Positions 36,514 through 45,616 of a DNA stretch of 63,862 nucleotides are shown here, in pieces (position 1 is the stretch's first letter; every line of letters starts with the position of its first letter). The stretch spans positions 1-63,862 of IMG/VR virus record IMGVR_UViG_3300011339_000401, one strand, 5' to 3'. The notes under the pieces were generated by a model that ran no database searches, was not told the DNA's origin, and saw only the letters and a list, made by a program, of their open reading frames with translations. A program made the position numbers and the translations under genes. The DNA is from a virus (Duplodnaviria > Caudoviricetes).

Positions 36514-38217
36514 ATGGCTCAACCATTCATGATCCGGCCACCGTTGGAACTACTTCTTGCTTATAAGAACGACCTACAGGCTATGGCGCGGGCTACGCAG
36601 GAGGGATATATGTCCCCACTGGAACTTACCCTAGCGGCCCAGAAGAAGAAAGAGATGGACGCAGCGGGGCAAAGTGCGCAGGCTCCTACACAGACTGTAG
36701 CTGAGAAACTTTTAGGTACTCAAGCCCCTCCCCCTCCCCCACCTATGGGTGGCGTTGGTGCGCCTCCTCCGATGCTAATGCAGGGTCCACCTGCTGGTCT
36801 TGGTGCTACACCGGAAGCTGCGCAGATGCAGGCTCCTATGCCCGCTATGGGCGCACCTGAAATGCCTATGGAAGAGGCACCGATGGGTATGGCTGAAGGT
36901 GGTATGGTTCCCCCTTACGCTTCGGGCGGTGGGCTTTCCCAAGCTCCGATACCGGCTGGTATGTTTGATGAGCCTAATAACGGTGGCTATGCCAACGGTG
37001 GTATCGTTGCGTTCGGTGCTGGTGGGTACAATGATTTCCGTAAAGCTATTGTCGCACAAGAAAGCGGTGGCCGCTACGGCATACCAAATAGGCAGGGGTC
37101 AGGAGCTATGGGTATTGGGCAGATTATGCCTGATACTGCTCGTGCGTTGGCCAAGCGCCTTGGCCGCGAATATCGTCCTGACCTTCTTGCAGGCACCGAT
37201 GAGGCTTCACGCGAGTATCAAAACGCCCTTACTGATGCGGCTACGAAAGAGGCATGGGAATACGGTAAGGGTGACGCACAGACTGCCGCTAAGTATTATT
37301 TTGCTGGGCCTAACAAAAAAGGTTGGGGCGATAAGACCGCGAAGTATGGGGCTGATATCCTAGGTCGCCTTGGCCAAACTGCTCCCGCTACCGCAGGTGC
37401 CTCCGCAGCCGCAGATGAAGGTGCTATTACCCTCGCAAGTGTACCAAACAGTAACCTTGCAGGTGAGATGGTGCCTGCATACGAGCGTGCTGGTGAGTTC
37501 TACGACAAGTTTATGCCTAAGCCTAAGACTGCGGCTCGGGATAAGCTGAAGGCGCGTGTTGAAGAAGGCTTGTCAGAAGAAAGCCAGAAGAAAGAAAAGA
37601 ACTACGATAAGTGGGCCACTTTGGCCGAGATCGGGTTCAACATCGCTGGCTCTAACTCACCTAACTTCTTACAAGCTGTCGGCGCTGCCGCAAGTGCTGC
37701 CCTTCCGGGTGCTAAAAAATCAAAGGAAGCTCGTGAAGCACGCTTTGATAAGTACCTCAGTCAGTACGCAGAGATCGAAGGTATCGAGAACAGCGAAGCT
37801 CGTGAGCGCGTCAAGTTCATGCTTGACCTCGGTAAGACAGAGCTTGACCTTAAGTACAAGGATATGACGCTTGATAGCGACGTATGGAAGGCGTTGGTGC
37901 AAGATAACCGTACGCGCATAGGTCAGATCAATGACTATAACGCTAGCATATACGGCACTAACAAGGGTTTCGAGGCATCCATGGCTGGGAACTCAGCACA
38001 GTCAGATGCGATTCTGAAGCAGGGTTATAATCTTGCCTATCAAGCGGCGGGAGAAGATGTTAAGTCCATGCCCGAGTATATAGAAGGCGATGCAGCCACG
38101 CGGGAAAAGATTTTTAACGACGCTCTTAAACGTAGAATATCTGCATACCAGAGGATGGTTGGCGGCGGTTCAAGTTCAGACACACAACTACCTCCCGGAT
38201 TCCAACGGGATAAATAA
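36514..38217 (+). CDS. Ejection protein 3 with lytic transglycosylase (SLT) domain
   Basis: AIVAQESGG...GAMGIGQIMPDTA. Confidence 0.85.
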   Translation: MAQPFMIRPPLELLLAYKNDLQAMARATQEGYMSPLELTLAAQKKKEMDAAGQSAQAPTQTVAEKLLGTQAPPPPPPMGGVGAPPPMLMQGPPAGLGATPEAAQMQAPMPAMGAPEMPMEEAPMGMAEGGMVPPYASGGGLSQAPIPAGMFDEPNNGGYANGGIVAFGAGGYNDFRKAIVAQESGGRYGIPNRQGSGAMGIGQIMPDTARALAKRLGREYRPDLLAGTDEASREYQNALTDAATKEAWEYGKGDAQTAAKYYFAGPNKKGWGDKTAKYGADILGRLGQTAPATAGASAAADEGAITLASVPNSNLAGEMVPAYERAGEFYDKFMPKPKTAARDKLKARVEEGLSEESQKKEKNYDKWATLAEIGFNIAGSNSPNFLQAVGAAASAALPGAKKSKEAREARFDKYLSQYAEIEGIENSEARERVKFMLDLGKTELDLKYKDMTLDSDVWKALVQDNRTRIGQINDYNASIYGTNKGFEASMAGNSAQSDAILKQGYNLAYQAAGEDVKSMPEYIEGDAATREKIFNDALKRRISAYQRMVGGGSSSDTQLPPGFQRDK

Positions 38218-38236
38218 TAACTCAAAGGGGCACTAA

Positions 38237-41200
38237 ATGCCGCAGACTGCAACGAACCCGAAAACCGGCGAGCGTATTGTACTTGTCGGTGATAAGTGGG
38301 TGCCTATTACTGAGACGGCAACAAACAAAAAGACCGGTGAGCAGATCGGCCTTGCTGGTAACTCATGGGTAACGCTTAAAGCTGCACCTGAACCTACCCC
38401 CGTGCCTGAGAAGCAGAAACAGAAGTTTGCCCCCAGTGTGATTGAGGAAGTCCCAGTCGTTGGCGGAGCTTTGTCTGGTATTGCGGACATTCCACTTGGT
38501 GTTGCGACGGGTGTTGCCACCATAGGTAAGACTTTCACTGACCTTTTTGGTGCGGATAACGCAGCATCTGACGCCATGGAAGCCTTTGGTAAAGGTGCTG
38601 ACGAACTACGCTCCGCTGAAGCCCGTGAAGATTCCGCTACAGACGCAAGGGAAATGTCCGAAGCTGAAGGATTTTGGGAAGGCGCTGGCGCTGCTGGTAG
38701 GGCGTTTATACGGCATCCTCTTGACACTACAGCTAACTTAGTTGGTACCGCTGCTCCCGCCGCTATTGCCTTTGTCGCGGCTAGTGCCGCTGCACCCTTT
38801 ACTGGTGGTGCTAGCTACATACCTCTACTTGCCGCAGCGGGCGTAGGTGCTGCTTCAGGCGTTGGCATGATTAAGGGTGACATCTACGATGCTACGCTCG
38901 CCCGTGCCAAACAGTCAGGTCTTTCCGATGCGCAAGCAGAAAAGATTGCGGAAGAAGCGCAGGCTTATGGCGGTGAAAATATAGATATGATCGCCCTTGG
39001 CGGCGTCATTGGCGGTGCTGCTAGTGCAACGGGTGCTGGCCCTCTACTCGGTAAAATGATTGCCGGTAAAGTCCTTAAGGATGTAACTGCCAAGATTACG
39101 GCCCGCACTGCCGCCGCTGCCGTCGCTGCCCGCGCTACTGGTGCTGAGGTAGCTGAAACGGCTGTAGAAACAGGGGGCAAGGGGATTGTCCGTCGCGGAG
39201 TAGAAGGTTTCCTTGTTGAAGGTGTTCCTGAAGGTATTCAAGCTGGGCAGGAAGCGCTAGCCGAGAACCTTGCCCAAACTCGCGCTGGTTTCCCAACTGA
39301 TCCAATGAAGGGCGTGCTCTCGCGGGCCGCTTACGAAGGCACACTTGGCGGTATTATTGGTGGTGGACTCAACGTTGTATCTGGCCGTGAAGAAATCACA
39401 GACAAGCGCCAAGAGCAAATTGATGATGAAGAACGCCGTGCTATTCAAATTGAAGCTGCCTCTGGCGGAGTAGGGGAAGCTTACGAAAAAGCTGTAGCAC
39501 GATATAAATCCGAAGGCGTTCCAGACCGCGAAGCTAACCTTAAAGCAGGTCAAGACATTCGCGCCTACATGGCGGAACGGAGAAATATAAATGAGACAAT
39601 CACTGATGCTACAACTGACGCCGGAGGAACTGAGTCAGGCATTTCTAGTGGTGCTGGGGCGGCACCCTCCGATATGGCCGGGAGTGCTGGCGAAACTGAC
39701 AGAGGACCAGTGGGAACTGGTGGACCTACTGTTGGACCAGATATTGGAGTTGAAGGATCGCAGCAGCGTACATTAGACGAAGCCAAGCAAGTTCTTACCA
39801 ACAAGAAGGTGCCGCTGACCGTACGCGTTGACACGGCTAGGCAACTACTGAACGACACGATACTCAACAATCCCCTTGTCAGCGTCAACGATATTGACCA
39901 AAAGCAGTTTGACGCGGCTAAGAAGCAGCTTGCGAACGGTAAGTACGACGGTGACCCCATGGCTGCACTGGAGGCGGTCACTGGCAAGTCGTTCACTGCT
40001 CCGGCCCCTACCACAGCGCCTGTAGGACCTACTCTTGACGAGGTGGCTAAAGCTCCGGTGGCTGATGCTATCAAAGCTGCTACGCAGCCAAACCCTGCCA
40101 ATGTGGTTCCGGGTATCGCAGAAACTGCGGCTCAAGACTTGGGCATCGCTTCTGAGCCTGCTCCTATCGTTGCACCTGCTGCGGCGATACCATTAACAGA
40201 AGAATCAGTAGCGGCTCAGCCTACACCTACTGTAGCAGACGTTACACCTGAAGACGTCGCACTTACCCCTGCGCCTGAAATGGCGGCTGAAGAAGTTGTG
40301 GCCGAGGAAGTTGCACCAGAACCTACCAGCGAAGAAATCCTTGCGAATCCTGTTATATTTGGGCGTCAAGAAGCCGAGCGCCGTGGGCTTGATGCGTCTA
40401 TGTTTAACGAAGGTGTGCGGGATGTGATGCAGGGGCGTGACCTACTGCCTGACGAGTTGATCCTTGAGAAGCAGGGGCAAGAGTATCTTGATGCTTATAA
40501 GTCCGGGGTAGACTGGACAAGAAACCTGCAAGCTGCGCCTGAGATGGCTGCTGCGCCTGAGATGGCTGCTGCGCCTGAGATGGCTGCTGCGCCTGTACAG
40601 CCAGCACCCGTTGCGGCTGCACCCGAGGAAGCGCTTGAAGACGCGCCTGAAGACAAGGCTGCAAATCTAGAAAAAGAAATTAAACGCGCTGGCGAAGGGT
40701 ATTTCGACGAAGACACTGAGGAGCAAGTTGCTCCATCCATCAGTAAAAAATCTTACCAAGCGCTGATGCTTAGGCTTAAGTCAAAGAACCCTGATCTCGA
40801 AAAGATTGATGCGGAGTTTGACGAAGCTATCGGTGCTAACAGCTACCAAGCTAGCCGTAGCGGCAAAGCCACTGTAGGTATGGCTGTCGAGGACCTCGTA
40901 GCTCACATCAAGGACCTTACGAAGAACTGGCGTGCTAAGATTGGCATCAAGGTTATTGGTACTATTGACGAGCTTCCGGCCACACTACGCAAGGCTGTCG
41001 AGCGCGATGGTATGGAAAGCGTCCCTGCTTTTGTGTCCCCGGATGGCACAATCTATTTCATTGCCAATAACATCGACACGTTGGAAGAAGCTAGCTCGGC
41101 TGTCTACCATGAGTCGCTTGGACACCTTGGTCTGCGTGCGCTGTTCGACACACGCTTGGATGAAGTGCTTGCTCAGATTTATAGGACCAATAAGAAACTG

Positions 41201-44200
41201 CGCGAGCAAGCTGACCAGTGGACCTACGACAACCCCGGTGTCTACGCTAACGATAGAAATCCAAACCTACGCGCATTAGAAGAAGTGCTCGCAGAGCAGT
41301 CAGAAGCTGGCCGTGTAGATGCCTCTGTCTGGGCTAAGGTAAGCGCCGTCGTTAAGGACTTCGGTCGCCGCATTGGTTTAAAGCTGGACTATAGTGACGC
41401 CGAAGTGCGTTCGATTCTAGCTATGGCACACGACCAAGTCATCGACGGGAACAGCGAAAGCACCGTCATCAAGGGCCTGCGCTACATGGTCAATGGCTGG
41501 CATGGTAGCCCGCACGACTTTGACCAGTTTTCTTCCGGTAAAATCGGCAGTGGTGAAGGCCATACTGCTTTTGGTTGGGGTCTATATTTCGGCAGTTCGC
41601 GTGCAGTGGGTGAGCATTACCGTAACCAAGAAGCAGGTAAGCGGATCACTATTGATGGCCAGAGTATGGCAAAGGGCAAAGGGCGTCGGTTTATTGAATA
41701 CGGCGGGGACTTCACACCCTCAGAGCGCCGTGCCCTACAATTCCTTCGTGACAGCGGCACTTTGGATAATACCCTAGAGCGCCTACGGCGCAGGGCTAGC
41801 AAGTTCTATACTGCTGAAGAGCAGGCTATTGCGAACGATATGGCTGATACCCTTAACAGACTGCGTGATGAAGGCCGACTGCAAACCGTCGATGGGAAGC
41901 TATATGAAGTGCAGCTTACTCCAAGCGAAGACGAGTATCTGGACTGGAAAGAACCCATTAGTAATCAGTCTGTCAAAGTGCAGGAAGCTCTCGCATCTCT
42001 TGGGTTTGTAAGCGATGATGGACGTTATCCACTTACGGGTGCAGACGTATATAACCAGTTACGGCGCAAGCTTGGCTCTAAGAAAGAAGCTTCTTTGGCT
42101 CTTCTGGAAGCTGGTATACGAGGTAACCGCTATCCCGACAGTATATCTCGTACGCGGGAAGTCCAATCCTACAACTACGTAATCTTCGACGGTGCTGACG
42201 TTGAGATCGTCAACAAGTATATGGCGGGCAGAGCCAAGAAGAAAACCGAGACTGCAACAGTGCAGCGCCTACGGCGCAAGCTGAAAACTAGCCACTATGC
42301 TGCTGATATGAGCGCTACGGCTGGTGATATGTTCTTCCAAACTCGGAGCGGTAAAGGGCAGATTGAACTTCTGGACTCCGCTTGGAAAGCGATGAAGAAC
42401 AAGTCGCGTCGTTTTGTTATTGGCTATCTGTACTATAGTCGGGACGTTATTCGTGCGATCAGCAAGCTGTCGCCGCCTGTTGCGCGTAAGCTGAGCCTTG
42501 TGAACGAACTTATGCACCGTATGGATGGCTTCCGTAACATAGGCCTTAAGACGCTTACCTATAACACCCTACGGTACAGCAAGTTCAACGCCAAGTTTAA
42601 GGAAGGCGGCATTTTGCTGTCCGACCTAATTAACGGTTCTACCTTATCGTCAGTGGACCCACGCCATGCGTCACTCGCAGCGGCTATGGCTGCGGATATC
42701 AAGCTTACCGAACTAGTCAAGGAAGGTGCATCGAAAACCCGCATCGACAATCGTAAGGCCCTAATCAAAGAAGTTTACGATATGTACGATAAGCTCGGCA
42801 CTCCCGAGATGGGCAACGGTGAAGGCCAAAGTATCTACAAGATGGTAATGGGTGGCTTTGAGCGTTCGTTCGATAACGAGTACAAAGCTATTGTATCTAA
42901 TGTGCGCCAGTCCGGCTTGCCTGCGGATCGTATCAAGCAAGCAGTTAAACTGATTACCGAGATGTATGCCACGGCAAAGAGAAATGCTCCTTATGCCCCT
43001 CTGTTCCGTACGGGGCAGTTTTGGTTGCGCGTTGGTAAAGGTAAGAACCGTCGTGTGTTCCGCTTCGAGAGCGAGATTCTGTACCAACAGGGTATGAAGG
43101 ACGCGATCAAGTGGTTACAGGAAAACGGTGACACGCGCAGCGCCGCAGAAATTAAAGCAGACGATAAGGTCTTTAACTTTGGCCGGGATGTTGACGGGCT
43201 GGAAGCTGACTTCATGCGCACGGAGCCTTCTGACGTTCTGAAGAACGTGTTCCAAGAAATCGACAAAGGTGGCTTGGCTGACGGCGCGGCGATTAAGGAT
43301 ATGATCTTCCAGCTTTACGCTGCGTCATTACCTAAGGGTACATTGTACGAAAAGATGCAGCACCGTGAGGGTGTCGAAGGTTTCTCGGCGGATACGCTAC
43401 GTGCGTATATTGACGCCCAGATGGCTACGATCAACCGTCTAACTCACTTGAAGTACGCATCGAAAATCCGCCAGACCATTGGTGAGGCATATGGCCTCAT
43501 GTCTGGTAATCCAAACCGCGAACAACTTGAACCTTACGTTGATGAGATGGCTATCCGCGTAGCTGAAACCTTTAGTCCGGACATCAGTAAGTTCGACCCG
43601 CTCGCACGCTTGGCAAATAAGGCGACGTTCTTCTACCTGTTGACGTCCCTCAAATCGGCATTGGTGCAGTTCTTCCAGCTTCCTACTGTGGCAATGCCCG
43701 CTCTTGGCGCACGTTATGGTACGGTGCAGACTGCGGCTGTGGCTGCGCGATACATCGCAACCATTGGCAATAAGTTTGGTACGTCTAAAGTCGACGAAGA
43801 TGGCAACATCGTTACCAACTGGGGTCAGCCCACCATGGGCGACAGTAAGTACGTTAACGAGAACAAAGACCCAGAGATGCGCGAAGCGTTGAAATTCGCT
43901 TTTGCCGATGCACGCGAGCGCGGTATTCTCGACACTACCTTTGCTGGTGACATGGTAAGCCGTAAGTCCGGACCAAGTGCCAACTACCAAGGACGTCCTG
44001 CTAAGATTAGTAAGTGGGTATTCGACTTTATGTCCGGTGGTATCCACCACTCGGAGCGCATTGCGCGTGAAATTGCGTACATGTCGGCGTTTGAGTTGGA
44101 TTACGCCATGCGCCGTAAAGGTGGCATGGACCATCAGACTGCCATGGGTGTTGCTGCGGATACCGCTGCTGACTTGACGCTTGAGACGATGTTCGACTTC

Positions 44201-45343
44201 GCTGAAAGCAGTAAGCCTCGTGCTATGAAAGGCCCCGCTGGCCGCGTTGCGCTCCAGTTCTTCTCGTTCCCAATTCAGATTGCGTCGATGCTTACCCGTA
44301 CTTTCTTAAATACAGTGTCGCTACTTCCGAACCCAGAGCGTAAGGTTGCAGCTAAGCAATTCTTTGGCATCATAGGTATGACATGGATGTTCGCTGGTAC
44401 CGTAGGTATGCCCGGTTACAGCTTCATGATGGGGCTTATGACCTCGCTCCTTGCAGCGGCTGGCCTTGCTGACGATGATGACGATGATAAGGGCAATAAT
44501 GCGCTAACCTCCCGCAACCTTGACCTGTGGTTCCGTGAGAAATTCTTACCTGAGTACTTCGGCCCTGATAGCGACCTAGCTAACGACTTGGGTCTTGATA
44601 AGGAGCAGGCGCAAACCCTCACGCGTGCGGTCAAGATGGGACCACTTTCTGCGGCTACGAATCTAAATATGGGGTCATCGGTTGGCCTTGATGGTTTGTT
44701 TTTCCGTGACGACACACCAGTGGATACCAATGAGGAAGCTTTACGGTCTTTGTGGTACACGCTTTCCCTCGGCGCAACCGGTTCGGTGCTTCGCAACTTT
44801 ATACGCGGTGGGGAGTATATGATGGCGGGTGATTGGCAGAGGGCTGCTGAGAACTTTACTCCTGCACCAGTGCGCAATGCACTTATAGCGAAGCGGCTTG
44901 CATCTGAAGGTTATATCACGCCGTCTACGAACGACGTTGTCGCTCCAGTGGAAGAATACACGTGGGGTAAGATTGTCGGGCAGGCTATCGGCTTTGGCCG
45001 TACCGACATAGCTGACATTCAGAAGAGCAACCTCCTCGCCAAGAAGACGGTACTTAAGATTGAGGATGAACGCGCTGACTACATCAATAAGCTAGACAAG
45101 GCTTATCGGGATATCACCCTCAAGCGTACCAGCATGGAAGATGGTAAAAAGAACATCAGCAAGGTCTGGAAAGACATCTCCAAGTGGAACGACAGTACCG
45201 ACTTTATTCGCCCAATCTTCTTGGATAACTGGGAAGACAGTATCGAGACCCGTAGTGAAGACCGTGCTCGGTCAATGCAAGGTCTACGTGTATCGAAGGA
45301 CTTTGATCCCTACGTACGTGGCTTGCTAGAAAAGAACCGCTAA
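38237..45343 (+). CDS. Giant polyvalent ejection protein with zincin metallopeptidase-like and ADP-ribosyltransferase-like domains
   Basis: YHESLGHLGL (HExxxH); WHGSPHDFDQF...GEG..AFGWGLYF...NYVIFD; long helical C-terminus. Confidence 0.85.
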   Translation: MPQTATNPKTGERIVLVGDKWVPITETATNKKTGEQIGLAGNSWVTLKAAPEPTPVPEKQKQKFAPSVIEEVPVVGGALSGIADIPLGVATGVATIGKTFTDLFGADNAASDAMEAFGKGADELRSAEAREDSATDAREMSEAEGFWEGAGAAGRAFIRHPLDTTANLVGTAAPAAIAFVAASAAAPFTGGASYIPLLAAAGVGAASGVGMIKGDIYDATLARAKQSGLSDAQAEKIAEEAQAYGGENIDMIALGGVIGGAASATGAGPLLGKMIAGKVLKDVTAKITARTAAAAVAARATGAEVAETAVETGGKGIVRRGVEGFLVEGVPEGIQAGQEALAENLAQTRAGFPTDPMKGVLSRAAYEGTLGGIIGGGLNVVSGREEITDKRQEQIDDEERRAIQIEAASGGVGEAYEKAVARYKSEGVPDREANLKAGQDIRAYMAERRNINETITDATTDAGGTESGISSGAGAAPSDMAGSAGETDRGPVGTGGPTVGPDIGVEGSQQRTLDEAKQVLTNKKVPLTVRVDTARQLLNDTILNNPLVSVNDIDQKQFDAAKKQLANGKYDGDPMAALEAVTGKSFTAPAPTTAPVGPTLDEVAKAPVADAIKAATQPNPANVVPGIAETAAQDLGIASEPAPIVAPAAAIPLTEESVAAQPTPTVADVTPEDVALTPAPEMAAEEVVAEEVAPEPTSEEILANPVIFGRQEAERRGLDASMFNEGVRDVMQGRDLLPDELILEKQGQEYLDAYKSGVDWTRNLQAAPEMAAAPEMAAAPEMAAAPVQPAPVAAAPEEALEDAPEDKAANLEKEIKRAGEGYFDEDTEEQVAPSISKKSYQALMLRLKSKNPDLEKIDAEFDEAIGANSYQASRSGKATVGMAVEDLVAHIKDLTKNWRAKIGIKVIGTIDELPATLRKAVERDGMESVPAFVSPDGTIYFIANNIDTLEEASSAVYHESLGHLGLRALFDTRLDEVLAQIYRTNKKLREQADQWTYDNPGVYANDRNPNLRALEEVLAEQSEAGRVDASVWAKVSAVVKDFGRRIGLKLDYSDAEVRSILAMAHDQVIDGNSESTVIKGLRYMVNGWHGSPHDFDQFSSGKIGSGEGHTAFGWGLYFGSSRAVGEHYRNQEAGKRITIDGQSMAKGKGRRFIEYGGDFTPSERRALQFLRDSGTLDNTLERLRRRASKFYTAEEQAIANDMADTLNRLRDEGRLQTVDGKLYEVQLTPSEDEYLDWKEPISNQSVKVQEALASLGFVSDDGRYPLTGADVYNQLRRKLGSKKEASLALLEAGIRGNRYPDSISRTREVQSYNYVIFDGADVEIVNKYMAGRAKKKTETATVQRLRRKLKTSHYAADMSATAGDMFFQTRSGKGQIELLDSAWKAMKNKSRRFVIGYLYYSRDVIRAISKLSPPVARKLSLVNELMHRMDGFRNIGLKTLTYNTLRYSKFNAKFKEGGILLSDLINGSTLSSVDPRHASLAAAMAADIKLTELVKEGASKTRIDNRKALIKEVYDMYDKLGTPEMGNGEGQSIYKMVMGGFERSFDNEYKAIVSNVRQSGLPADRIKQAVKLITEMYATAKRNAPYAPLFRTGQFWLRVGKGKNRRVFRFESEILYQQGMKDAIKWLQENGDTRSAAEIKADDKVFNFGRDVDGLEADFMRTEPSDVLKNVFQEIDKGGLADGAAIKDMIFQLYAASLPKGTLYEKMQHREGVEGFSADTLRAYIDAQMATINRLTHLKYASKIRQTIGEAYGLMSGNPNREQLEPYVDEMAIRVAETFSPDISKFDPLARLANKATFFYLLTSLKSALVQFFQLPTVAMPALGARYGTVQTAAVAARYIATIGNKFGTSKVDEDGNIVTNWGQPTMGDSKYVNENKDPEMREALKFAFADARERGILDTTFAGDMVSRKSGPSANYQGRPAKISKWVFDFMSGGIHHSERIAREIAYMSAFELDYAMRRKGGMDHQTAMGVAADTAADLTLETMFDFAESSKPRAMKGPAGRVALQFFSFPIQIASMLTRTFLNTVSLLPNPERKVAAKQFFGIIGMTWMFAGTVGMPGYSFMMGLMTSLLAAAGLADDDDDDKGNNALTSRNLDLWFREKFLPEYFGPDSDLANDLGLDKEQAQTLTRAVKMGPLSAATNLNMGSSVGLDGLFFRDDTPVDTNEEALRSLWYTLSLGATGSVLRNFIRGGEYMMAGDWQRAAENFTPAPVRNALIAKRLASEGYITPSTNDVVAPVEEYTWGKIVGQAIGFGRTDIADIQKSNLLAKKTVLKIEDERADYINKLDKAYRDITLKRTSMEDGKKNISKVWKDISKWNDSTDFIRPIFLDNWEDSIETRSEDRARSMQGLRVSKDFDPYVRGLLEKNR
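40532..40595 (+). repeat. Perfect 18-bp coding tandem repeat (AAPEMA x3.5)
   Basis: GCTGCGCCTGAGATGGCT x3 plus a partial copy. Confidence 0.9.
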
Positions 45344-45347
45344 AATG

Positions 45348-45377
45348 AAAAAGGCCCCCACCGGAGAGGTGGGGGCC
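45348..45377 (-). terminator. Terminator where the two arms converge
   Basis: GGCCCCCACC/GGTGGGGGCC 10-bp stem; T5 on the minus strand. Confidence 0.8.
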
Positions 45378-45421
45378 GAGTGATGCCTAACCGGAAGGAG
45401 CAGCTTCCGTTCCATGCAGTA

Positions 45422-45616
45422 TCATACTGACCAGATACGTAAACCCTTAATTCCATCTTCGACTACGATTTTTATCAATATCTTGATACGTAGGCGCTTG
45501 GTAACCACTAGGACTTGTGCTCTGGCGCGTTTGGAGTCCAAGCAGGGGAGGAAAATAGACGCCCCCCGCTTGAACGCTTTCCAGTTTATGTCGTAACTAA
45601 CCCCCTGCACTTGCAT
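45422..45616 (-). CDS. Small basic protein, possibly DNA-binding
   Basis: 64 aa; GASIFLP...GLRIW; GAGG RBS. Confidence 0.7.
   Translation of the reverse strand: MQVQGVSYDINWKAFKRGASIFLPCLDSKRARAQVLVVTKRLRIKILIKIVVEDGIKGLRIWSV

Noticed and set aside
38237-45343. Virion RNA polymerase or tape measure protein
   Set aside because: No RNAP catalytic motifs recognised and no tail tube genes; the domain content fits a polyvalent ejection protein.
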